A stretch of 64,000 bases of DNA, taken from positions 35,402,001 to 35,466,000 of the forward strand of contig CM126232.1 of the NCBI GenBank assembly GCA_052327205.1, in the 5' to 3' direction. The stretch is from Somniosus microcephalus (Eukaryota). The position numbers were made by a program, and so were the translations under genes. Shown one piece after another: positions 39,801 to 47,574 of this stretch. The notes beneath the pieces were generated by a model. It did no database searches. It was not told the origin of the DNA and worked only from the letters and a program-made list of their open reading frames with translations. The first letter of the stretch is position 1. The number at the start of each line of letters is the position of its first letter.

Positions 39801-42800
39801 GCCAGCATTTATTGTCCATCTCTAGTTGCCCCTTGAGAAGGTGGTGGTGAGCCGCCTTCTTGAACCGCTGCAGTCCGTGTGGAGAAGGTGCTCCCACAGT
39901 GCTGTTAGGGAGGGAGTTCCAGGATTTTGACCCAGCGACGATGAAGGAACAGCCTATATATTTCCAAATCAGGTTGATGTGTGACTTGGAGGGGAACTTG
40001 GAGGTGGTGGTGTTCCCATGCGCCTGCTGCCCTTGTCCTCCTAGGCAGTAGAGGTCACGGGTTTGGGAGGTGCTGCCGAAGCCTCCCGTTCGACCACTGC
40101 TACTTCTGCGGAAACCCTGGGGTAATGGGGTAAAGGTCACTTACCCCTTTGTTCCCGGGGTTTCTGTGCCAAATGGACGGCCGGAGTAGGACAACTCCCG
40201 CCCCTCCCCCCCTCCCACAGCCTCCCAATCCCCCCGACTCCCACCCACCATCACACCAACCCCCCCGGCCCAGAAATTCACCCACTGATGATTTGAACTA
40301 GACGAATATCGCGTGGTTTCTCTAACGGGTGGGCAAGATGCCCAAGCTGTGGTCGAAAATGACCACCCCCAACCCCCCCCTTTGTCTTATTCTATTGTGA
40401 ATGGAAAACTTGGTAAAGCAGCTTGTAAATTCGGAACTCAAAACCCAGTTTTTGTCTCTTTAAATCAATCCCTTCCGAGCGAAGGCACGTAGATTGAAGT
40501 TCCCGTGATGTAAATATGGCTCAGTTTGAATTTATAAATCGTGCCGTGATTCAAAATAAGGAATTGAATCTAACGAATCATTCTGATGGAAGTTCCCAGC
40601 AGAAATATCAGCCCATCTAACTCTCTCTCTCTCTTTCAGATCGCAAGTGACCGAGTGTGAATTCCAGCAATTTCACCATTTCCAGATTTCTTAGTTATTT
40701 TTGAGCTTTTTACAAAGTTTGCGCTGATCTCGACACGTTAGCTTCTGCTTTTCATTGGGTGGATCTACAGTGAGTTAAACGTTGGATAAAATTATATTTC
40801 TTTTCTTTATACCACATAGAAGTTTTAACAATGGTGCCGGTACCAGTCCTTCAGCGGGAATAAGCGAATGTTGATTAGTTTATCAAATTTAATAAGATAG
40901 AATCAGAGAAATTTACGGCACAGAAGGAGGCCATTCGGCCCATCATGTCCGTGCCGGCCGACAAAGAGCTCTCCAGCCTAATCCCACTTTCCAGTTCTCG
41001 GTCCGTAGCCCTGTAGGTTACGGCACTTCAAGCGCCGATCCAAGTACTTTTTAAATGTGATGATTTCTGTTTTGAATATACTCAACGACTGAGCCTCCAC
41101 AGCCCTCTGGGGCGGAGAATTCCAAAGATTCACCTCCCTCTGAGTGAAGAAATTCCTCCTCATCTCAGTCCTAAATGGCCGACACTTTATCCTGAACCCT
41201 TAGTTCTAGTTGCCTTGACCACCCCGTCAGGCAGTGAGTTCCAGACCCCCACCACCCTCTGGGTGAAGAATGTTCTCCTCAACTCCCCTCTAATCCTTCT
41301 ACCAATGACTTTAAATCTGTGGCCCCCTGGTTATTGGCCAAAATAGTGATTTATTTTGCTTCGGGTGTCGACCCCTAAGTTGTTTGGGGTAGACTTTCAC
41401 CTTCAGCGCCAGACAGTAATCTGGTGGGGAAATCACCGCCCTTTACACGACCTCCCTCTGACCTCCATTCCTTTGAAATTATGGGATGAAAAACGAGCGA
41501 GGTTAACAACCCCCCTCAGCTTGTCCTTCTAACATTTTCATATCACTGAGAAGCAGTTCAAAAACAAACTCCACCAGGGAAAGGCCATTCAGCAGGAGCC
41601 AGCCCTTTGCAATGATTCCCATTGTTTTTTTATTTACCCAAGTGTTAACTGTCTTAATTAAATAGCTTTTACTCAATTACCTTCTTTGTGCTAAATATTA
41701 ATAAAATACCTCAGTGAGGAATAACCAGACCACTGGTGATATTTCAAATATCATTCATTTAAGTACTTAAGAACATAAGAAATAGGAGCAGAAGTCGGCC
41801 ATTTGGCCCCTCGAGCCTGCTCCGCCATTTAATAAGATCATGGCTGATCGTCAACCTCAACTCCACTTCCCGCCCGATCCCCATATCCCTCGATTCCCTT
41901 AGTATCCAAAAATCTATCGATCTCAGCCTTGAATATACTCAACGACTGAGCCTCCACAGCCCTCTGGGGCGGAGAATTCCAAAGATTCACCACCCTCTGA
42001 GTGAAGAAATTCCTCCTCATCTCAGTCCTAAATGGCCGACCCCTTATTCTGAGACTGTGACCCCCTGGTTCTAGACTCTCCAGCCAGGGGAAACATCCTC
42101 CCTGCATCTACCCTGTCAAGCCCTGTAAGAATTTTTTATGTTTCAATGCGATCACCTCTCATTCTTCTAAACTCCAGAGAATATAGGCCTCGTCTACTCA
42201 AACAATTTAAAAACATTCAAGTATTCCCATGACCCTCAGCAAATATTCTTTCAACAACTTATTCGAAGGAGTGATCTTCGTCTAAGCAACAGGCAGAAAT
42301 AGTCGTTATATAAATGATAGCGAAGTCAAACCGCGATATGTCAGTGGGCTCAGTCAAGAGCAATCTCGCCCCATTTGCGAATCCCGCACTCTTTCAGTCC
42401 AAGGGGGTTATATTAGGAAACGAGGAGGCAAGTCATCTTTCAAACCATCTCTCTTTTCCCCTTCATTGTCCATAAACAACGGAGAAAAGAAACTCGGATC
42501 ATCTGAAGGTGGAACGGGGAGTCCACAGGAATGTTCAGCATCTCAGTATCTGAAGAAAATTCTTCAAAGTGAGACAGACTGCTACAACTGTAAATACAAG
42601 TATCATTACAATTACCGTATTTATGTTAATGATATTTATATGTCTTTTTAGTGACATAAGCAGAGAAGGTTAAGGGGAGTTTTAATCAAGGTCTTCAAAA
42701 TGATAGAGTGGACAGGGAGAGACTGTTTCCTTGGCAGGAGGGTCGGTAACCAGAGGACACAGATTAACATAACTGGCAAAAGATCCAGGGGGGAGATGAG

Positions 42801-43463
42801 GAGAATTTTCTTTATGCAGCGAGTTGTTGTGATCTGGAACGCGCTGCCTGAAAGGGCGGTGGAAGCAGATTCAATAGTAATGGTTCATACAGCACAGAAG
42901 GAGGCCATTCGGCCCATCGTGCCTGTGCCGGCTCTTTGAAAGAGCTCTCCAATTAGTCCCACTCCCCCCTGCTCTTTCCCCACAGTCCTGCAAATTTTTC
43001 CCTTTCAAGTATTTATCCAATTCCCTTTTGAAAGTCACTATTGAATCTGCTTCCACCGCCCTTTCAGGCAGCGCGTTCCAGATCACAACAACTCGCTGCG
43101 TAAAAAAAAATTCTCCTCATTCCCCCCTCTGGTTCTTTTGCCAATTATCTTAAATCTGTGTCCTCTGATTACCGACCCGCCTGCCAGTGGAAACCGTGTC
43201 TCCTTATCTGCGCCTTCAAAACCCCATCAGAAATTTGAACACCTCGATTAAATCTAATGGGGCCTCTGATCGCCGCAGTCAGGCGGCTCGCTGTAAAACG
43301 AACGCGTCCCTGGACCGTTTGTGAGCCGCCCTTTACCTCGTCTCCCTTGGCGCTCCCGCTCCTGCTCGTGGCGCGAGTGGGCGCAGAAGTTGCTGTAGAT
43401 GGTTGCATCCTCCCTGCTCCCGCGGAGATCCTGGGAGTTGCTGTAAGTGGGCTCGTGGGGCAT
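667..43463 (-). CDS. Spliced type II transmembrane C-type lectin-like receptor (CD23/CD209/CLEC17A-like architecture), about 15 coding exons, roughly 460 aa
   Basis: Exon chain assembled from AG/GT boundaries with compatible phases: 43463-43337 and 35662-35549 (both tentative), 33447-33322 (TM), 29417-29355, 22868-22806, 21276-21214, 19691-19629, 19119-19063, 17179-17105, 14076-14014, 12133-12071, 10816-10754, 4661-4510, 2067-1970, 853-667. Open frame from the TM exon to the stop; AATAAA on the minus strand at 484-489. Confidence 0.85.
1052..1945 (-). mobile_element. tRNA-derived DeuSINE-type SINE (SacSINE1-like) with an expanded internal 33-bp minisatellite
   Basis: tRNA-like head at about 1880-1945, Deu-type core (TTAAACCGAGGCCCCGTC...AAAGATCCCATGGCAC), array at about 1380-1840. 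Confidence 0.85.
1970..2067 (-). CDS. Lectin CTLD exon 2: [32 protein letters not shown]
   Basis: Acceptor ccatgaacag, donor ag|gtaatg, 98 nt, phase 0 to 2; degenerate WIGL (WTGD) and WVDGT (LVNGT) motifs. Confidence 0.8.
2235..2908 (+). mobile_element. Solo LTR (family A) interrupted by a Penelope-type fragment at about 2385-2825
   Basis: TG...TTACATCA ends, GTGGG TSD, GTATAAATAC TATA, ATTAAA; similar to the 51021 and 58143 copies. Confidence 0.8.
4510..4661 (-). CDS. Lectin CTLD exon 1: (G)[50 protein letters not shown]
   Basis: Acceptor tttttcccccag, donor cag|gtacga, 152 nt, phase 1 to 0; CP...YYFS....W..A...C.....HLAVI....EQ signature. Confidence 0.92.
4840..5865 (+). mobile_element. 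CR1 LINE 3' fragment
   Basis: [42 protein letters not shown]; frameshifted. Confidence 0.9.
5603..5825. mobile_element. Penelope-type inverted-repeat (hairpin) insertion
   Basis: About 80-bp inverted arms (aataacaacagaaaatgctgg...ccagcattttctgttgttatt), 14-bp TSD CCGGCATGGACTGG. Confidence 0.75.
9468..10696 (-). mobile_element. Two DeuSINE-type SINE copies with 33-bp arrays (about 9757-10015 and 10362-10590)
   Basis: Same core; unit ctccctcagtactgcccctccgacagtgc(a/g)gcg. Confidence 0.85.
10754..10816 (-). CDS. Lectin neck exon, 63 nt: (D)[20 protein letters not shown]
   Basis: Acceptor ttccttccag, donor g|gtgagt, phase 1-1; coiled-coil-like. Confidence 0.85.
11283..12011 (-). mobile_element. 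DeuSINE-type SINE with a 33-bp array (about 13 units)
   Basis: Same core and head. Confidence 0.85.
12071..12133 (-). CDS. Lectin stalk exon, 63 nt, P/T/S-rich: (V)[20 protein letters not shown]
   Basis: Acceptor gtttcaacag, donor g|gtaagt, phase 1-1; duplicate of 14014-14076. Confidence 0.85.
13030..13954 (-). mobile_element. DeuSINE-type SINE with a 33-bp array (about 19 units)
   Basis: Same core and head. Confidence 0.85.
14014..14076 (-). CDS. Lectin stalk exon, 63 nt, P/T/S-rich: (T)[20 protein letters not shown]
   Basis: Acceptor gtttcaacag, donor g|gtaagt, phase 1-1. Confidence 0.85.
14966..16608 (+). mobile_element. Internally deleted chromovirus-type Gypsy element: two 341-bp LTRs flanking an integrase C-terminus and chromodomain
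   Basis: LTRs at 14966-15306 and 16268-16608 (TG...CA); [21 protein letters not shown] motif, chromodomain [18 protein letters not shown]; purine tract before the 3' LTR; in-frame stops; flanks gataag/gacaag. Confidence 0.92.
17105..17179 (-). CDS. Lectin stalk exon, 75 nt: (V)[24 protein letters not shown]
   Basis: Acceptor ctgtctttcag, donor a|gtaagt, phase 1-1; diverged paralogue of the [11 protein letters not shown] exon with homologous flanking intron. Confidence 0.85.
17251..17959. mobile_element. GC-rich non-autonomous DNA transposon (Harbinger-like MITE)
   Basis: TIRs GGGGGAGAAGTT / AATTTCTCCCCC, 3-bp TTT flanks; absent at the homologous position of the four other intron copies. Confidence 0.7.
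19063..19119 (-). CDS. Probable lectin stalk exon, 57 nt: (T)[18 protein letters not shown]
   Basis: Acceptor cacctttcag, donor aag|gtgact, phase 1-1, open frame. Confidence 0.65.
19629..19691 (-). CDS. Lectin stalk repeat exon 4, 63 nt: (I)[20 protein letters not shown]
   Basis: Acceptor ctgtctttcag, donor a|gtaagt, phase 1-1. Confidence 0.85.
21214..21276 (-). CDS. Lectin stalk repeat exon 3, 63 nt: (I)[20 protein letters not shown]
   Basis: Same splice sites, phase 1-1. Confidence 0.85.
22806..22868 (-). CDS. Lectin stalk repeat exon 2, 63 nt: (I)[20 protein letters not shown]
   Basis: Same splice sites; differs from copies 1 and 3 by one synonymous AAT/AAC change. Confidence 0.85.
23400..28361 (+). 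mobile_element. Full-length Ty3/Gypsy LTR retrotransposon (Mag/K02A2.6-like)
   Basis: 180-bp TG...CA LTRs at 23400-23579 and 28182-28361 (3 differences seen), GGGGG TSD, PBS TGGCGACGAG at 23581-23590 (complementary to the tRNA-Ser GCT 3' end), PPT AAAAGGGGAGGAA at 28168-28180. Confidence 0.97.
24142..28074 (+). CDS. Gag-Pol polyprotein, 1310 aa, uninterrupted
   Basis: Two CCHC knuckles ([28 protein letters not shown]), protease ELDTGS, RT YLDD, RNase H CDAS/TDH/NADGLSR, integrase HHCC plus HIDF/SDNG/AER. Confidence 0.96.
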   Translation: MPKTGCITAFDNTLEDWTTYVERVEVYFEANEIAEGKKASILLKVMGARTYGLLRDLITPAKPKAKSFNEIVAVLQEHLNPAPLLIAERFKFHRRTQHKDESNAEYLTELRKLSKHCQFGAGLADTLRDKFVCGLLSEGTQKKLLAEKELTLDKAFSVAVSYEAAARGAAEIQQKPQEYGTHEMTRGFAKCYSCSRTNHDQKDCWSKDKICRQCGKIGHIARVCRSGKKTSDNKKATKEPYKKVQKMSDSESENRRLSCLKLHNVIAKEDHRTIWVTLTIAGSQVKMELDTGSALTVMNRRDYERLFSHIPLRETSIVLTTYTGQKVYPRGKIRVPVEYNGKKIRKLYLYILPNGGPPLLGREWIRKINLDWHSIHAMTVDGKKDLDVTPGRLSTILANAKEVFQQELGTLKGVTASLKIEENAVPKFFKARPVPYAIRPAIEAELENLEKAGVLSKVDWSEWATPIVPVMKKTLSNKSGEPRKIRICGDFKVTVNPVLHTVQYPLPRIEDIFVSLSGGKRFTKIDLAQAYLQMEVEESSRKYLTINTHKGLYQYHRLVFGVASAPAIWQRAMEQVLQGIPGTQCYLDDILVTGEDDSEHLNNLEQVLTRLWEHGLRANRPKCEFFKKQISYCGHVIDEEGLHESPDKIEAVVKAPAPENVSQLRSFLGLVNYYHKFLPNLSTILHPLNALLRTGVAWKWSDDCKRAFQKSKDLITSKEVLAHYNPALPIRLACDASPYGIGAVLSHKFLDGLERPIAFASRSLTSAERNYAQIDREALSLVWGVKKFNHYLHGQKFTLLTDHQPLVSIFNPQKGVPIMTAQRLQRWSLFPGAHQYDIEYKGTKPHGNADGLSRLPLPTVEEEDLAVDPMELFHSTIVECLPVTNANIEKETRNDPTLSRVYDLTVKGWPAHGEPLLPAFSPRREQLSVCRGTLMCGSRVVIPPKLTDRVLNELHEGHLGGVKMKNLARAFVWWPGIDREIKEMTKSCAGCQKVQNAPPQAPLHPWEWPSSPWQRVHIDFAGPFMDLMFLIAVDAHSKWPEVIKMSSTTTEKTIAVLRTIFARNGLPEQICSDNGPQFVSEEFRRFLKNNGVKHYTSAPYHPATNGLAERFVQTFKKAIKAMCNEDIPLQHKVDNFLFAYQNATHAVTNQTPAMMFFNRRLRCRLDLAKPNVRRDVENRQFQNMNERPTRSFKIGQPVLARDYRTEKWQPGTICTRQGPLMYTVDVGESIVRRHADQILESLENVNSTPRSDTPGNEIDVPIAATAEPVILEADETNNDIDSDSTLPEEPDTPKRRYPDRIRKPPQRLSL
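29355..29417 (-). CDS. Lectin stalk repeat exon 1, 63 nt: (V)[20 protein letters not shown]
   Basis: Same splice sites, phase 1-1. Confidence 0.85.
31055..32495 (-). mobile_element. CR1 LINE, 5'-truncated, broken RT
   Basis: [35 protein letters not shown]; tail repeat tctatgtt. Confidence 0.93.
32675..33310 (+). mobile_element. CR1 LINE 3' fragment
   Basis: [14 protein letters not shown]...RRLRGDL; conserved 3' tail. Confidence 0.9.
33322..33447 (-). CDS. Lectin transmembrane exon: (G)[41 protein letters not shown]
   Basis: Strong acceptor cttttctttcttttag, donor g|gtaagt, 126 nt, phase 1-1; hydrophobic run of about 23 aa (type II signal anchor). Confidence 0.9.
33800..34650 (+). mobile_element. 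3' fragment of a second non-LTR retrotransposon family; shorter copies at about 6865-7000, 18295-18606, 38320-38650, 39765-40080 and 62660-63220
   Basis: WADKWQVTF...[16 protein letters not shown]...[12 protein letters not shown]; shared tail ggcaataaatgctggccttgccagcgacgcccacatccc in the other copies. Confidence 0.85.
35089..35290. mobile_element. Penelope-type inverted-repeat insertion
   Basis: Inverted arms; 14-bp near-perfect TSD CC(A/G)GGGATATTGAA. Confidence 0.75.
35549..35662 (-). CDS. Tentative lectin cytoplasmic exon: (A)[37 protein letters not shown]
   Basis: Donor g|gtgcgt in phase 1; 114 nt if the cttag acceptor is used. The stronger upstream acceptor (exon start 35690) introduces stops in all frames, so the boundary is uncertain. 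Confidence 0.4.
36765..37340 (-). mobile_element. Family A LTR with a degenerate internal remnant resembling a Gypsy integrase C-terminus
   Basis: Reverse complement of the family A LTR end from 36765; adjacent minus-strand translation DPRSCL...KRADHL resembles the GPxSY...RHxDxL motif. Confidence 0.55.
38693..39124 (-). mobile_element. DeuSINE-type SINE without minisatellite expansion
   Basis: Head, core and tail present; only one copy of the seed unit at about 38983-39020. Confidence 0.85.
43337..43463 (-). CDS. Tentative first coding exon of the lectin: [42 protein letters not shown]
   Basis: ATG at 43463, donor ag|gtaaag in phase 1, two YSN motifs, unique non-repeat sequence, Ets/GATA motifs upstream. 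Confidence 0.6.
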
Positions 43464-43674
43464 GGATCCAGACACGGACTGCCTCCGGGTGCGTCCAGTC
43501 GAAAGAACCGTGGAAAAAAAAAATATTCAGTTGTCACCAAGAAGCCAGAAGTGAAGTTGATCTGGGGTTTTTTTAAGAACAGGTGGGCTGGGTATTTTGG
43601 CTTTAGCGTCACATTTTACTCTGAACGCACTTGTATTCTAAGATAGGTTCAGTGGGGGCTGATGCTATCTCCTG

Positions 43675-43697
43675 CACTTCCTGTGAGTTGCTTATCT
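43675..43697. promoter_or_regulatory. Candidate haematopoietic promoter motifs (Ets/PU.1-like CACTTCCTG and GATA TTATCT) about 210 nt upstream of the lectin ATG
   Basis: cacttcctg at 43675-43683 and ttatct at 43692-43697; motif match only. Confidence 0.35.
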
Positions 43698-43995
43698 CAA
43701 TAATGTACCAAGAAAAAAAGATGGCACTGCTATCAAAAATGATTGCGTCTTGTCTCTGCTTTACATCTGCCTAACCATTTCCTATTTTATTTCCATTCCT
43801 TAACGTGGAGGGGGGTGGCGGCGGTGGCGGGGTCGGGGGGGCAGATGTTGATGCTCGGGAACTTGTTTCAGCATCAGGTGTGCTTCCAGATGGAGCAGGT
43901 TGTGAGTTCGATGCAGAGCAGAGCTCCCAGTACCCTGCCCTAGCAACACACTTGGGCTCAACGGCAGAGTTGCATCACTAACTGTAGGAGGGGGG

Positions 43996-44052
43996 CTGAC
44001 CTTTAGCAGCAGGGGACCTGACCTTTAGCAGCAGGGTATCTGACCTTTAGCA
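43996..44052. repeat. Three direct repeats with a 22-bp period, each containing TGACCTTT
   Basis: tgaccttt at 43997, 44019 and 44041. Confidence 0.85.
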
Positions 44053-44204
44053 CCCGTGCGCCATCATTAGTGAGGGAGCCACGGATGACTACGTGGCTTT
44101 GGAGCCAAGCAGAATCAGGCTTAATCCGCATATCCAACTCTCAATCAACCTGGTGCTTTTTGGAGACCTTGGACTATAACATTTCCACCTATAGAATCAT
44201 CGAT

Positions 44205-46048
44205 GGCCAGAATTTTCCGGGGTGTCAGGTGGCGGGTCGGGTAGGAAAGTGTTTTTTTTTTGCCAGCGGGTTGGGAACCCGCCGCAAAGCACCTTTCCCA
44301 ATGTCGGGTCTGTCAGCGCTGAGCAGACCCGACAGGCAGTGGCGGGGGACTCAATTAAACTCATTATAATCTACTTACCAGACCCTTAACAGACTTTTTT
44401 AACTTACTTTTTAACTTTAACTTCATGACCATGGGAACCACGCTGTTCGGTAACCACGCCTGTCAATCTGAGGCGGGAGTTCAGTGGCCATTGCTCCAGC
44501 TGATTCCTTGGCAGCTTCAAATGTACAGTAAAAGCTCCCACCTGACAGACATATCTTCCTTCAGCCACAAGCTGTTCCTCAATGGATTCACCATGCCGCA
44601 AGTCTTTCCATGAGTCTCCATCCACTCTCACCTCATTACCTCTCTCACCATTGACAGATCGCTTCTGTCATCTCTACTTCACCTACCATCTATTCCATCA
44701 GCATGGGTGCCCTTTATACTCTCTCACCTTGGTCCTCAGAATCCCACCACAATCAGCCCAACACCAGCAGCACCAACAACAACACCAACCTTCTCCGCAA
44801 TCACACTGATGCTGCACAGGACAGAGGGCATCAACACCCAACCACATTGCTGCCCAGGAGGCCAGGGATGGCCTCACTATGGCCAGATTTACTTCACTTG
44901 ACGCTGTACACCCTGGCTGCCACATGATGTGCCAGGTTGGCACCACCCCACACCAACACCATAAAGCATCTCTACAATGCCCAAGCCATTCCTTTCACAC
45001 TCATCACCATTGCGGGGGGTACTGTTATGTCTCACCATTCACTGCAACTCACTAAGCCACTTCCAAATGTGCACACAAATCTGTCCAAGATCGTAAAATG
45101 CTGAAAATAAAGATTTCAATGTATGGCAGCACACTAACAGAAACATTACATAAATATTGGATAAAACACCCAAGTGCCTTGTGTGTTGTTAGTTGGTATG
45201 ATTGGACTAGGTTGAGGGTGAGTGTGAGGGCTGGCTAGTGAGATGGGGAAGTGATAATATAGATAGAGAGAGATGGGTGGAGGTGCAAGGCAAGTTGTTG
45301 TGAGTAAGTATGTGCAGGAGTAGGGTAGGGAAGGCAGAGTGATGGGGATGTGATAAGAGGCACAGCAGATTGAGGTTGAGTGCGGTTTTGTACTAACATT
45401 TCGTGATCTCATGAGATAGTTGAAACGTTTGCGCCACTGCACCCAGGTCCCCCTGAACACATCCCTTCTGGTGCCCTCCTGTGCAATGTGCAACCAGGCT
45501 GTTTTGGTCTCCTGGGGAGCTCTCTTCTGCCCATGGGAAGGGAAGAGGACCTCCCTGCGTGCTGTGACTCCCTCCATAAGCATATGGAGGGAGTCATTGG
45601 AGAACCTGGGTGCAGCCCTCTGCCTCTGTGCAGTCATTGTCAGTGTTTGCGGCACTCCAATGCTGTAGAACTCTGAGGGGGGGAAAATTGGGTTACTTCC
45701 AGTAAATTTCAACCACTCAATTTCCGGCGCGGGGTCACTAATTTTTCCGGGATGCTAAACGTAGTGCCCCGGTGAAGCTAGCGGCGCTATTCAATTTTTA
45801 GCCCCGACAGCACAAATGTCAAAAGAAAGTTGGCCATGGTCCCTTTAAGGAAGCCAGCTGATGATGGGTCATGAATGACATCACCAGACCCGCTTCCTCT
45901 AATTGGCCTGGGAAACGCGCTGGGTGGGCTTAACAAGCCCTTTCAACGGAAAATCATTTTAGACAGCGGGATGGAGCCAGCAGCAGGGCCGCGATCCGCC
46001 ATCAACATCGCCCGCCCCGGACCCGCTGAGGTAGGGGAAACCCCGGCC
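44205..46048 (-). mobile_element. Degenerate PIF/Harbinger-type element with a Myb/SANT-like coding remnant
   Basis: Minus-strand APRFSNDSLHMLMEGV...KTAWLHIAQE...RGTWVQWRKRFNYL (about 45400-45640); imperfect GGCC-type terminal inverted repeats; small nested inverted-repeat element at about 45676-45805. Confidence 0.65.
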
Positions 46049-47574
46049 AAAGAATCTTACAGAAGGAGACCATTCGGTCCATCGTGCCTGTGCCGGCTCT
46101 TTGAAAGAGCTCTCCAATTAGTCCCATTCCCCCCGTCCCCCTTGCTCTTTCCCCACAGCCCTGCAAATTTTTCCTTTTCAAGTATTTATCCAATTCCCTT
46201 CTGAAAGTTACTGTTGAATCTGCTTCCACCGCCCTTTCAGGCAGCGCATTCCAGATCACAACAACTCGCTGCGTAAAAGAAATTCTCCTCATCTCCCCTC
46301 TGGTTCTTTTGCCAATCACCTTAAATCTGTGTCTTTTGGTTACTGACCCTCCTGCCACTGGAAACAGTTTCTCTAGTTTGACTAGACACCTCTATTAAAT
46401 CTCCTCTTAACCATCTCTGCTCTAAGGACAACAATCCCATCTCCTTCACATCTCTGTCTCTCTCATTTAATTCCTTCTTTCCCTCCCTGCTACGTTACCT
46501 CTCTTCTCTCTGAATACTTTCCCCTTCATTCTTCGGTTATGAATCTCTGCTTGAATCGCTTTATCAAGCCTATAGCACGCTGGTCAAAGTTACCAACGAT
46601 ACCTTTATCTCTCCTCGTCCTTCTGGAGCTCTTTAACCTTTGAGTATGGATAGCCATCTCATCCTCCTCCAACGTCTCTCGTTTTGCGGTCCGGCCATCA
46701 GACTTTCACGCTCCCCAACTTAGCCGTCCAATGTCTTGTGCCACCGGGGGCGTCCTCCAAGGTTCCATCCACACCAGGGTCCCACAGGGATCTGCTGCTC
46801 TGTACCAACGAGCGAGGTGAAGGCACCGAGGTCAAAGTGTCCGCCAGTTCAGAGGAGATGCAAAGAGATGCGCGGGAGCAAGGACCCCAGATGCAGCCAG
46901 ATCTACACATGATGGGGGAAAGAGCCTGTATCTGTAATATACATAAATGAAGTGTTATGCACTTGGGCAGATAGAACTCCCGGCATGTTTACACCTTCTG
47001 GGGTGCGTGCTGGAGGCTGCATAGCGTGAGAAGGACCTTGCATTGAAGGTCCATGCCCAGTGCCATGTGGCACACAGATGGCAGCTCTTGCGTGGCGCGG
47101 GCAACACCAGGTCTGGTCAACAGCCGTCCAAATTTAATAACAGTCACCTTGGAGCCAATGTATCTGACAGAGGGGACAGGGACAGTCTACCGAACACAAG
47201 GAGGCACAAGAAGTAATAAGAGAGACTCGCATTTCTCCAGCACCTTTCACCACCTCAGGGCGTCCCGAAGCGCTTTACAGCCAATGAAGTTCTTTGTCAA
47301 GTGTAGTCACTGTTGCAATGTAGGAAACATGCACAGCAAGATCCCACAAACAGCAACGTGATAATGGCCAGATCACCTGTTTTAGTGATGTTTGCTGAGT
47401 GGTAAGCATTGGCCAGGACACCGGGGGAGAACTAAAATGCCTTTTAATAATACTTCAGGAAAGCTCAGAGATTCAAAGAACTCCTTCTGTAATTTTACAG
47501 GTCATTTACATTTTCTTTTTAATCAAAAAGAAGTGAAATGGAGAGAATTGCTGACTGTGGTACTATTCTCCCCA

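Noticed and set aside
42270-42600. Additional lectin cytoplasmic exon candidates (e.g. [18 protein letters not shown])
   Set aside because: Weak donor (gtttga), several competing acceptors and no recognisable motif; unsupported without RNA data.
45146-45712. Myb/SANT-like ORF as a host MSANTD gene
   Set aside because: Lies inside a degenerate Harbinger-type element with a nested insertion and substitutions at conserved positions.
46560-47140. ORFs 46684-46950 and 46698-46910 as host exons
   Set aside because: The plus strand shows decayed LINE RT remnants (LVKVTND, GVPQGS-like, VMHLG, EKDL).
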